From Clostridia bacterium (lineage in GTDB: Bacteria > Bacillota > Clostridia > Christensenellales > Borkfalkiaceae): 64,000 nt of DNA. Positions 56,334 through 64,000 of the stretch are shown in pieces. A program made the position numbers and the translations under genes. The notes beneath the pieces were generated by a model that saw only the letters and a list, made by a program, of their open reading frames with translations, did no database searches and was not told the origin of the DNA. The stretch is from contig JAAUYR010000039.1 of NCBI GenBank assembly GCA_014805025.1, positions 256 to 64,255 of the forward strand, read 5' to 3'. Positions within the stretch are counted from its first letter, which is position 1; the number at the start of each line of letters is the position of its first letter.

Positions 56334-58388
56334 TTATTTTTTAGTTGTAGTTTTCTTTGCCGTTGTCGCTTTCTTTTTAGCGGTGGGCTTTTTAGCCTCT
56401 TCCATAGGCGGAACCTGCGGTATATGCGATAAATCGTTCTTTACCGCTTTATGCTCGCGCTGAATACGCGCGCGCACGGCCTTTTCCTTCTTTTTCTCTT
56501 CCTCGGTCTCCTCTTTGTAGGGCACTTCGAATATAACCGACTCGAAAGGTCTTAAAGTAAAGGTCAGCTTGTATTTTCTGCCGTCGCAAAGCTCTTCCTT
56601 GGCCTGTATTTCAAGCGGACTGCCGTCGGGGTAGGTCGAGAATATCCTCTTATACACTCCGTCGACGGGCGCGCCTACGCCGTACTCCCATCTTTCCACG
56701 GGCGCGAAGTTGCACACGAAGATAAGCGCGTTATTGTAGTTCCAGGGGTTGCGGCGGATAAACGTGAATATGCTGCGCTGATAGTCGCCGCTGTTTATCC
56801 ACTCGAATGAAACGGGGCCGCCGCAGTCGTTGTAAAGCACGGGGCGCTCCTTATAGATATGTAACAGTGTGCGGAAGCAGTCTAAAACCTCGCGGTGACT
56901 ACTGTCGTCGCAAAGATGCCAGTCAAGGCTGGTTTTAAAGTTCCATTCCCTCTCCTGCGCGAAGTCCTGACCCATAAACAGCAGCTTTTTGCCGGGGTGA
57001 CCCATCATCATAGTGTACGCCGTTTTAAGGCTGCCCAGCTTGTCCATTTTGTTGCCGGGGAACTTGTTTATCATACTGCCCTTGCCGTATACCACCTCGT
57101 CGTGAGAGAGCACAAGCATATAGTTTTCGTCGAAAACGTATTCCAGCGTGTGCGTCATAAGCCCGTGGTGATAGGGGCGGTAAATGGGGTCTTTGTTGTA
57201 ATACTTGATGCTGTCGTTCATCCAGCCCATATTCCACTTTAAGCCGAACCCGAAGCCGCCGTCCTTTGCCGGCTTTGTCATTCCGCCGATAATTGAGCTG
57301 TCCTCCGCAATAAGGAACGCGTCGGTGCGCTGCCTTAAAACGCTGTTAAGGTGACGGAAAAACTCGAAGCTTTCAAGGTTTTCGTTGCCGCCGTACATAT
57401 TCGGGCGCCATTCCTGTCTGCCGAAGCTGTTATAAAGCATTGCCGCAACCGCGTCCACGCGCAGCGCGTCGATATGGTATTTTTCTATCCAGAAAAACGC
57501 GGAAGCAATCAAAAAGTTCGAAACTTCCTTTTTGCCCAAATCGAAAGCCTTGGTGCCCCATTCGCCGTACTCGGCGCGTAAGGGGTCGCTGTATTCGTAA
57601 AGGTTAGTGCCGTCGAAGTTGGCAAGCGCGAAATCGTCCTTGGGGAAGTGCGCCGGTACCCAGTCCAAAATTACGCCTATACCGTTTTTGTGCATATAGT
57701 CTACGAAATACATAAAATCGTCGGGCGAGCCGTAGCGCGCCGTAGGCGAAAAGTATCCCGTAACCTGATACCCCCAGGACGGGTCAAAGGGGTATTCGCA
57801 GATACCCATAAGCTCAACGTGAGTGTAGCCCATCCACTTTACGTATTCGCAAAGCTCGTAGGCAAGGCGGCGGTAATCGAGGTACTGGTCTTCGTCCTGC
57901 TTCCAGGTATCTTTTTTCCAGCTTCCGAGGTGAACCTCGTACACAGCCATAGGCTTTTCAAGAAAGTTTCCGCCGCGGTTGTTATCGCGCCATTCCTTGT
58001 CGCCCCACTCGTACCTGTCAAGATTAGCAACGATTGAAGCGTTTGCAGGTCTAAGCTCCGAACGGAACGCGTACGGGTCTATCTTCTGAACCTCGGAACC
58101 GTCCGCGCGGACGATTAAATACTTATACTTAACGCCCTCGCACATTCCGGGAACGAACAGCTCCCAGATTTCGTCGTCAACCTTTTCCATAATATCCTGC
58201 CAGGGCGTCCAGCCGTTGCCATCGGATACAACGCAAACGGCCCTTGCGTGCGGTGCCCAGAGCACGAAGTGCACGCCCCAAACGCCGTTGACCTCGCGCA
58301 GGTGCGCGCCCATTTTGTTGTACAGCTCGTAGTGCGTGCCGTGATGGAACAGGTATCTGTCCAAGTCTCCGAAGAATCTGTTTTCCAT
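56334..58388 (-). CDS. glgB: 1,4-alpha-glucan branching enzyme with a Lys/Thr-rich C-terminal tail
   Basis: GH13 regions GVILDWVPAHF, ALRVDAVA and FLIAEDS. Length is 684 aa. Confidence 0.92.
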   Translation of the reverse strand: MENRFFGDLDRYLFHHGTHYELYNKMGAHLREVNGVWGVHFVLWAPHARAVCVVSDGNGWTPWQDIMEKVDDEIWELFVPGMCEGVKYKYLIVRADGSEVQKIDPYAFRSELRPANASIVANLDRYEWGDKEWRDNNRGGNFLEKPMAVYEVHLGSWKKDTWKQDEDQYLDYRRLAYELCEYVKWMGYTHVELMGICEYPFDPSWGYQVTGYFSPTARYGSPDDFMYFVDYMHKNGIGVILDWVPAHFPKDDFALANFDGTNLYEYSDPLRAEYGEWGTKAFDLGKKEVSNFLIASAFFWIEKYHIDALRVDAVAAMLYNSFGRQEWRPNMYGGNENLESFEFFRHLNSVLRQRTDAFLIAEDSSIIGGMTKPAKDGGFGFGLKWNMGWMNDSIKYYNKDPIYRPYHHGLMTHTLEYVFDENYMLVLSHDEVVYGKGSMINKFPGNKMDKLGSLKTAYTMMMGHPGKKLLFMGQDFAQEREWNFKTSLDWHLCDDSSHREVLDCFRTLLHIYKERPVLYNDCGGPVSFEWINSGDYQRSIFTFIRRNPWNYNNALIFVCNFAPVERWEYGVGAPVDGVYKRIFSTYPDGSPLEIQAKEELCDGRKYKLTFTLRPFESVIFEVPYKEETEEEKKKEKAVRARIQREHKAVKNDLSHIPQVPPMEEAKKPTAKKKATTAKKTTTKK

Positions 58389-58400
58389 AATTTTTCTCCC

Positions 58401-60443
58401 TTAATCTTCTTTGTATTTATAGTAATAAACCGCGCCCGACTGCTCGGGAAGCGTTACAAAAAGCCTGCCGTGACGTACTTCAAACTGCTGTTCGTCCAAG
58501 CTGAACTCGCAGTCCGAGCAGAAGAATTTTCGCGTCATTTTTCTGCCCTCGCGCTCGACGCCGATTTCCCATACGGGCACGCTCAAAGATATCTCTACGT
58601 CGTTGGTGTTTATGACCACCGCGCAGCACTCGTCCTCGTCGAACCTGCCGTAAGCTATAAAGCCGTTACCTGCGTCAAGCCGTTTAATACTGCCCATTTT
58701 AAGGCACTTTATGTGCTTTCTCAAAGCAATTGCCGCTCTGTGGAAGTCTATAAGCTTTTTATCCTCGTTGCCCCAGGGATAAGTTCTGCGGTTGTCGGGG
58801 TCTGTCCAGCCGACCTGTCCGGCTTCGTCCGCATAGTAAAGTCCGGGCGCGCCCGGCCAAGTCATCTGAATTAATACCGCAAGCTCCATAACGCGCTTGT
58901 CCACGTCGTAAGCCGCCGCGTGCGGCCCCTTGTTTTTCAAGGTTCCGGCGGTACGGTTAGTGCGCGTTAAAAATCGCGAATGGTCGTGATTGGAAAGCTG
59001 ATTTAAAGCCGAATCCAGCGCGGGACGGGGGAACTTTGACATATTCTTGAACATACTGTCAAAGAAATGCTTGCCGTCGCGCAGCCTGCCCTCGTCAAAG
59101 CTTTCGCTGTGCTTTTCCATACCCGTTAAAAACCAGGTAACGGGCTCCATAAACGCGTCGTAGTTCATAACCGAGTCCCACTCGCCGCCGACAAGCCAGC
59201 TTTCGGGCGAGCCGTAATGCTCGGCAAATATAATCGCGTCGCCGTTCTTTTCGCGCACTCTGTCGTGGAACTTGCGCCAGAATTTATGGTTGTACTTTAA
59301 ACTGTGCCCGAGGTCTGCGGCAACGTCAAGCCGCCAGCCGTCGCAGTTGTAGGGCGCGGAAACCCACTTGGCGCCCGTAGATAAAATGTATTCTTCAAGC
59401 TCGGGGCTTTGCTCGTAATTGAGCTTGGGCAAAGTGGCAAATCCCCACCAGCCCTCGTACTCGCTTTTTGCCTCGTTGGGCTTATTGAATTTGAAATAAC
59501 TTCTGTACGGGCTTTTCGCGGACTGGAACGCACCCGGCTCGAAGCCCTCTTTATTTAAATAGATGCCCTCTCTGTCCAGCCATTTATTGAACGAACCGCA
59601 GTGGTTGAAAACGCCGTCAATAACGACTCGCATACCGCGTGCGTGAATTTCCTCTACAAGCTTTGCAAAGTACTCGTTACTCTTTTCAAGGTTGTTTTTA
59701 GAGGTAACGCGTTTGATGTACTTGGGTGCGAACCCGTTATGCGTTTCCCAGTGCTGCATACGGTAATCGTCGTCGTCCTCAATTACGGCAAAGTGAGGGT
59801 CAATATGGTCGTAGTCCTGCGTGTCGTACTTGTGGTTTGAGGGCGATACGAACAGCGGATTAAAATAAATTACCTCAACGCCCAAATCCTGCAAATAATC
59901 GAGCTTCTGCCAAACGCCCTGCAAGTCGCCGCCGTAGAATTTGTTTACGTCCAGCTCGTCGGGGTATTTGTCCCACTCGCACACCCTGCGCGAATGTCCG
60001 CCCGTATAAAAATACTCGTTGTCCTCAACGTCGTTCTGAGGGTTGCCGTTGCAGAAACGGTCGGTAAAAATCTGATAATATACCGCGCCCTTGGCCCAGT
60101 CGGGAACTTTCTGACCGGGCACGAAGGAAAAATCGTATTCTTCCTGAGGGTTTTCAACGGGGCCCAAGCGGTTATAACAAACCCTGTCGTCCTCGTCGTA
60201 TAAAGCAAAGTGGTATCTTACCGCCTTTTCGGTGCAGGTAAACGACATAGAATACCAGTCGAAATCCTCGTTCGAGCGGTACTTGGTCATAGCGCGCTTA
60301 ACGCCGTTTACTTTCGCGTAAACCTTTAATACGTCGTTTTTAAGCGTTCTTATGCGAAGCGTTACCCTGTCGCCGGCTTTCGGCTCGTAAGGTGATTTAT
60401 AGCATTCCGTTTCGTCGCAAAACAGCGCCTTTCTGTTTATCAT
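58401..60443 (-). CDS. GH13 alpha-glycosidase (neopullulanase/cyclomaltodextrinase-like)
   Basis: GH13 regions VVIDGVFNHCG, GWRLDVAADLG, IIFAEHYG and LSNHDHSRF, plus an N-terminal beta-sandwich domain. Confidence 0.85.
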   Translation of the reverse strand: MINRKALFCDETECYKSPYEPKAGDRVTLRIRTLKNDVLKVYAKVNGVKRAMTKYRSNEDFDWYSMSFTCTEKAVRYHFALYDEDDRVCYNRLGPVENPQEEYDFSFVPGQKVPDWAKGAVYYQIFTDRFCNGNPQNDVEDNEYFYTGGHSRRVCEWDKYPDELDVNKFYGGDLQGVWQKLDYLQDLGVEVIYFNPLFVSPSNHKYDTQDYDHIDPHFAVIEDDDDYRMQHWETHNGFAPKYIKRVTSKNNLEKSNEYFAKLVEEIHARGMRVVIDGVFNHCGSFNKWLDREGIYLNKEGFEPGAFQSAKSPYRSYFKFNKPNEAKSEYEGWWGFATLPKLNYEQSPELEEYILSTGAKWVSAPYNCDGWRLDVAADLGHSLKYNHKFWRKFHDRVREKNGDAIIFAEHYGSPESWLVGGEWDSVMNYDAFMEPVTWFLTGMEKHSESFDEGRLRDGKHFFDSMFKNMSKFPRPALDSALNQLSNHDHSRFLTRTNRTAGTLKNKGPHAAAYDVDKRVMELAVLIQMTWPGAPGLYYADEAGQVGWTDPDNRRTYPWGNEDKKLIDFHRAAIALRKHIKCLKMGSIKRLDAGNGFIAYGRFDEDECCAVVINTNDVEISLSVPVWEIGVEREGRKMTRKFFCSDCEFSLDEQQFEVRHGRLFVTLPEQSGAVYYYKYKED

Positions 60444-60478
60444 TTTAAACTTCCTTTGCGGTCAAATCCGCCTTGAAA

Positions 60479-60507
60479 ATTGTAACATAATTACCGGTTA
60501 AAGTCAA
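60479..60507 (-). promoter_or_regulatory. Promoter TTGACT-17-TACAAT for the GH13-glgB operon
   Basis: -35 at 60502-60507, -10 at 60479-60484. The leader carries an AAGGAAG SD. Confidence 0.5.
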
Positions 60508-60508
60508 T

Positions 60509-60536
60509 ACGGCGCGGCGAATTTTCGCCGCGCCGT
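60509..60536 (-). terminator. GC-rich hairpin after the YitT gene (no clear U-run)
   Basis: acggcgcggcga / attt / tcgccgcgccgt. Confidence 0.55.
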
Positions 60537-60539
60537 GAT

Positions 60540-61427
60540 TTAACCCACAGTATCTCTGAACCCCTTGCCGAGAATTTCGTGCGTGTCCGTAAGTATTACG
60601 AACGCCGCAGGGTCGCTTTGTAAAATCCGCGCCTTTAATTTCAGCGCTTCGCTGTTCTTTAAAACGGTAAGCATAACCGTTTTTTCCTCGCCGGAGTATC
60701 CGCCCGTAGCCTTGTACGAGGTAAAACCCCTGTGCATGGTATCCAGAATAAACGGCGCGATGACCTCGGGTTTGGAAGTAATAATCGTAACGAACTTGCT
60801 CTTGCCTATGCTCTCTATAACTCCGTCTACAAGGAACGCCTTTGTGAAAAGCCCCAAAAGCGAGAACAAGCCCGTTTGAATATCGAAAATGAAAAACGTT
60901 GACGAGGCAATTAAAAAGTCCGTTAAAAGCAGCGCTCTGCCCACCTGAATTCTGGTGTACTTTTTAACTATCAGCGCCACGATATCCGTGCCGCCCGACG
61001 AGGCCTTGCAGTTGAAAATTATTGCAGACCCGGCGCCCGTTAAGAGCATTGCATAGACAAACTCCATAAAGATGTCGCCCGTCATAGGCAGCTTTACGGG
61101 GATAAACTTCATCAGCCACATTTCAAAGGAGTAAACAAGACTGCAATAAACGGTTTTAACCGTGCCCTGCCAACCCAAGAAAATGAGGCCGAGTAAAAGC
61201 AGCAGCACGTTCAAAATAATCATTATTTCCGTCTGACCGAGCCAAGCTACGTGCGGAGTTATAAACTTGCTTAAAATTATAGAAATACCGCTTACTCCGC
61301 CCGTAGCGAAGTTGTTCGGCGCTTTAAAAAAGTAAACGCCGGCGGCAAGCAGCAACGTGCCTAAATTGAGAAACGCCCAGTAGGCAACCTTTTCTTTTAT
61401 TTTTTTACCGTCGATTTTTCCGCCCAT
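60540..61427 (-). CDS. YitT-family membrane protein (DUF2179 C-terminal domain)
   Basis: FATGGVSG and ASSGGTDI motifs, and a C-terminal GGYSGE..LT..V (DUF2179) region. Confidence 0.8.
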   Translation of the reverse strand: MGGKIDGKKIKEKVAYWAFLNLGTLLLAAGVYFFKAPNNFATGGVSGISIILSKFITPHVAWLGQTEIMIILNVLLLLLGLIFLGWQGTVKTVYCSLVYSFEMWLMKFIPVKLPMTGDIFMEFVYAMLLTGAGSAIIFNCKASSGGTDIVALIVKKYTRIQVGRALLLTDFLIASSTFFIFDIQTGLFSLLGLFTKAFLVDGVIESIGKSKFVTIITSKPEVIAPFILDTMHRGFTSYKATGGYSGEEKTVMLTVLKNSEALKLKARILQSDPAAFVILTDTHEILGKGFRDTVG

Positions 61428-61441
61428 ACTCTGACCCGCGA

Positions 61442-62503
61442 CTAAAACGTGCCGCCGAAACCTTTTCCGAGTATTTCGTTAGCGTCGGTTATTATTACGA
61501 ATGCGGTCGGGTCAACTTCTTTAACCTTGGTTTTGAGCTTTAACGCTTCACCGCGCTTGCAAACGGTAATTAAAACCTTTTTCTGCTCGTGCGAGTATCC
61601 GCCCTCCGCGTCGTACATTGTGTAGCCGTGTTGTATAACGTTTAGTATATAATCCGAAATAACTTCGGGGTGGCTCGTTATAATGGTAATATACTTTGTT
61701 TTACCGAAGCTTTCTATAACGCCGTCCAGAAGGAACGTTCTTGCAAACAGACCCAGGAATGAATACAGCGCGATATCCAAACTCTTGAAGGTGTAAACGG
61801 ATATTGTAGCAACCAATACGTCGATTATCAAAAGTGCCACGCCTACGTTAATTTTAGTGAACTTCTTTAAAATAAGCGCGATAATATCCGTACCGCCCGA
61901 CGACGCGTTGCAGTTGAATATCATAGCACCGCCTACGCCGAACAAAAGTATGGCGTAGCACAGCTCCAAAAACGTCTGCGTGCCAGTATAGCCTATAATC
62001 TCGCCGGCCTCGTCAAAAATATAGTGCGCAGTCAAAGGCTTCCCAAGCGGAACGAGAGTTTCGAATACCCATATAAGCCCCGTGTATACCAACGAGCAGT
62101 AAATTGTACGGAACGTACACTGTTTGCCGAGCACTATAAGCCCCACGATAAGCAGCGCGACGTTGATAATCGCCATAATTACCGCCTGTTTAAGCCAGGG
62201 CACGGACGGGGTTATAACTTCGCTCAACATAATCGAAAGTCCGGCAACGCCGCCCGTCGCAAAGTTATTCGGCGCCTGGAAAAAGTAAACGCTTACGGAC
62301 ATCATAATTATGCCCACGTTTAAAATTATCCAGCGGAACGCCGTGCGTTTTTGCTGCTCTTTTTTAGTTAAAACCTTGTCGGGATAAACCTTTACTCCGC
62401 CCTGAGGCTCGGGAACGGGCTGTGCCTCCGCTTCGGGCTCCTGCGGAACGGTTACTTCCTCTTCCGCTTCAACTTTGTTTTCCGTAGTTTGTGTTTCTTT
62501 CAT
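61442..62503 (-). CDS. YitT-family membrane protein, paralog with an acidic/Pro-rich N-terminal extension
   Basis: Same motifs (FATGGVAG, ASSGGTDI, GGYSHE) plus about 55 extra N-terminal residues. Confidence 0.8.
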   Translation of the reverse strand: MKETQTTENKVEAEEEVTVPQEPEAEAQPVPEPQGGVKVYPDKVLTKKEQQKRTAFRWIILNVGIIMMSVSVYFFQAPNNFATGGVAGLSIMLSEVITPSVPWLKQAVIMAIINVALLIVGLIVLGKQCTFRTIYCSLVYTGLIWVFETLVPLGKPLTAHYIFDEAGEIIGYTGTQTFLELCYAILLFGVGGAMIFNCNASSGGTDIIALILKKFTKINVGVALLIIDVLVATISVYTFKSLDIALYSFLGLFARTFLLDGVIESFGKTKYITIITSHPEVISDYILNVIQHGYTMYDAEGGYSHEQKKVLITVCKRGEALKLKTKVKEVDPTAFVIITDANEILGKGFGGTF

Positions 62504-62535
62504 ACCTGAATTTACCTTAAATTAAAAGCCAGTAA

Positions 62536-62564
62536 ATCATATCATAACGGCAAAATCTTGTCAA
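62536..62564 (-). promoter_or_regulatory. Promoter TTGACA-17-TGaTATGAT for the YitT pair
   Basis: -35 at 62559-62564, -10 at 62536-62541. The 32-nt leader carries an AAGGTAA SD. Confidence 0.55.
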
Positions 62565-62570
62565 TAGATT

Positions 62571-62604
62571 TAAAGTAAACGGAGGCGCAATTTTTGCGCC
62601 TCCG
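62571..62604 (-). terminator. Terminator after eda
   Basis: cggaggcgc / aattttt / gcgcctccg, followed by a T-rich tract in the minus sense. Confidence 0.75.
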
Positions 62605-62616
62605 ATATTTTAAAAA

Positions 62617-63234
62617 TTATTTAACAAGGCTAACCGCAGCTTTTGTTTTAGCCTCGATTTCCTCGGGCGTGCCGCTCATCATCCAGCTTCCGCCGCAGGC
62701 TATAATTTTATCATATGCAAGATACTCTAAAATGTTGTCCGCCGAGATACCGCCCGTGGGCATAATCTGCAAATACGGGAATGCCGCGCATATCGCCTTT
62801 ATGGTTTTAAGACCGCCGTAGTTGGACGCAGGGAAGAATTTAAGCGTAGTAAGTCCCTTTGCGATTGCCGCCATAGCCTCGGTAGGGGTTACGATACCGG
62901 GCAGATACAACATATCGTGCTTTTTGCAGCAGTCTGCAACTTCCTCGGAAAAGCCGGGGGATACTATAAACTTAGAGCCTGCCTTAATAGCCTTTTCGCA
63001 CTGTTCCTTATTAATAACGGTGCCGGCGCCGACGAGCATATCGGGGAAGGTTTTAACGGTAAGCGCAATGGCCTCCGCCGCGCAAGGGGTACGGAAAGTA
63101 ATTTCCGCGCAGGGCAGACCGCCGTTTACAAGCGCCTGCATTTTAGGGATAGTTTCCTCAATGGAGTTGAGCACCACTACGGGAACTATCTTTGTCTTTT
63201 TAATTTGTTCGATAAGCTGTTGTTGAGTCATCAT
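62617..63234 (-). CDS. eda: KDPG / 4-hydroxy-2-oxoglutarate aldolase
   Basis: EITFRT, GAGTV, the Schiff-base region KFFPA, and PTGGI. Confidence 0.9.
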   Translation of the reverse strand: MMTQQQLIEQIKKTKIVPVVVLNSIEETIPKMQALVNGGLPCAEITFRTPCAAEAIALTVKTFPDMLVGAGTVINKEQCEKAIKAGSKFIVSPGFSEEVADCCKKHDMLYLPGIVTPTEAMAAIAKGLTTLKFFPASNYGGLKTIKAICAAFPYLQIMPTGGISADNILEYLAYDKIIACGGSWMMSGTPEEIEAKTKAAVSLVK

Positions 63235-63350
63235 TTTTCCTCCAAAATTTCAATAATTCAACCGACACTTATTATATCACGGGCTTTTCGCTTTTGCAAT
63301 ACGTAGTTTTAAAATATTTGAAAAAGCCGTGCACCCCAAGCCGTTTTAAA

Positions 63351-63632
63351 TTACTCGAACAACTCGCCGATGGCGTTAAATACGGGTTGGTAAAAATCCT
63401 CACATTCCTTTTTTACGCTTATTATAAACTCCGTCAGCTCTTTTTCGTCAATAACCCTTTGCTTTACCTCTTTCCCCTCGTACGCTTGTTTAACATAATC
63501 GTAATAAATTAAATCTTTCTTTTTATCTTTATATTGCTCCCAACAATACAACATGGCGCGCAACCGCCTCGTTTTTTCCTCTTCCGTAAGAGCTTCGTCC
63601 CTGCAAATTTTTGCCGCCAATACTGCCAACAT
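63351..63632 (-). CDS. Small hypothetical protein
   Basis: A GGAGGA SD lies 7 nt before ATG 63632. Length is 93 aa, charged and helical, AT-rich. Confidence 0.45.
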   Translation of the reverse strand: MLAVLAAKICRDEALTEEEKTRRLRAMLYCWEQYKDKKKDLIYYDYVKQAYEGKEVKQRVIDEKELTEFIISVKKECEDFYQPVFNAIGELFE

Positions 63633-63662
63633 ATATTTTCCTCCATCGTGTTTCAATAATTA

Positions 63663-63679
63663 TATGTGCATTGCACATA
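63663..63679. promoter_or_regulatory. Perfect 8-1-8 palindrome (candidate operator) between divergent genes
   Basis: TATGTGCA-T-TGCACATA. Confidence 0.5.
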
Positions 63680-63720
63680 CTTGTCAAGAAAATCATTGTT
63701 TACTGTTGTAAAATTTGCCT

Positions 63721-63921
63721 ATGGAATTTGGCCAAAGATTTCGTGAAGCACGAGTACAAAACGGATTTACTCAAACGCAAATTGCAAATATGCTTGGCAT
63801 CGAGCAGTCCAACATAAGCGACTGGGAAAACAATATTTCCAGACCCGAATACGAAAATCTTATTGCTCTTGCAAAAATTTACGGCGAAACGCTTGAAACT
63901 TTGCTTGGCATTGAATTATAA
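63721..63921 (+). CDS. XRE-family helix-turn-helix transcriptional regulator (66 aa)
   Basis: GFTQTQIANMLGIEQSNISDWENN is a typical HTH_3 motif. TAAAAT lies 6 nt upstream of the ATG and there is no SD. Confidence 0.8.
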   Translation: MEFGQRFREARVQNGFTQTQIANMLGIEQSNISDWENNISRPEYENLIALAKIYGETLETLLGIEL

Positions 63922-63932
63922 GCATAATTAAA

Positions 63933-63960
63933 GCGGCGCGGTTCATACGAACCGCGCCGC
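63933..63960 (+). terminator. Terminator after the XRE gene
   Basis: gcggcgcggttc / atac / gaaccgcgccgc followed by aaaattttt. Confidence 0.7.
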
Positions 63961-63982
63961 AAAATTTTTAACCAAATTTTTT

Positions 63983-64000
63983 AAAACACAGAGAAGCAAG
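63983..64000 (+). repeat. Intergenic repeat element, copy 4 (cut by the window end)
   Basis: aaaacacagagaagcaag is identical to 24485-24502. Confidence 0.5.

Overview
A 64-kb chromosomal segment that looks like a Clostridia-type Bacillota genome: mid GC by eye, strong GGAGG Shine-Dalgarno sites, AddAB, a NiaR regulon and a V-type ATPase. I support about 59 protein genes and one tRNA, most on the minus strand. Recognisable blocks, left to right:
- Gp37/Gp68-family gene, tRNA-Ser(UGA), and radC with an anchored exported protein
- Tyrosine phosphatase; galE; glmM-glmS
- TrkH/KtrB and TrkA/KtrA potassium uptake genes, then comF
- Amidase-domain protein; uracil permease-upp; GH4 glycosidase
- A visibly AT-rich NYN/LOTUS gene; a P-type Ca-ATPase
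- iscR-nifS-nifU; nadA
- A nine-gene V-type ATPase operon in the same order as Enterococcus hirae ntpFIKECGABD
- An amino-acid ABC transporter; a MATE exporter; DUF3737
- grpE-dnaK-dnaJ; pnuC; nadB-nadC-niaR
- addB-addA; a lipoprotein/membrane pair; kdgK
- GH13-glgB; two tandem YitT paralogs; eda; a small XRE module

I saw no CRISPR array, IS element, integrase or recognisable defence system. The unusual content is non-coding:
1. A dense DnaA-box cluster with an origin-like layout, far from any dnaA gene (37531-37738).
2. At least ten genes or operons whose ATG lies 6-12 nt downstream of a consensus -10 with no SD, which is a leaderless-type architecture.
3. A family of degenerate intergenic repeat elements with four copies. 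One splits the V-ATPase operon and one is cut by the window end.
4. A 16S-rRNA-like fragment inside the trkH-trkA spacer.
5. glmM with ACG where its ATG is expected.
6. tRNA-Ser flanked by partial copies of its own ends.

All alignments and motif calls were made by eye. No database search was run.
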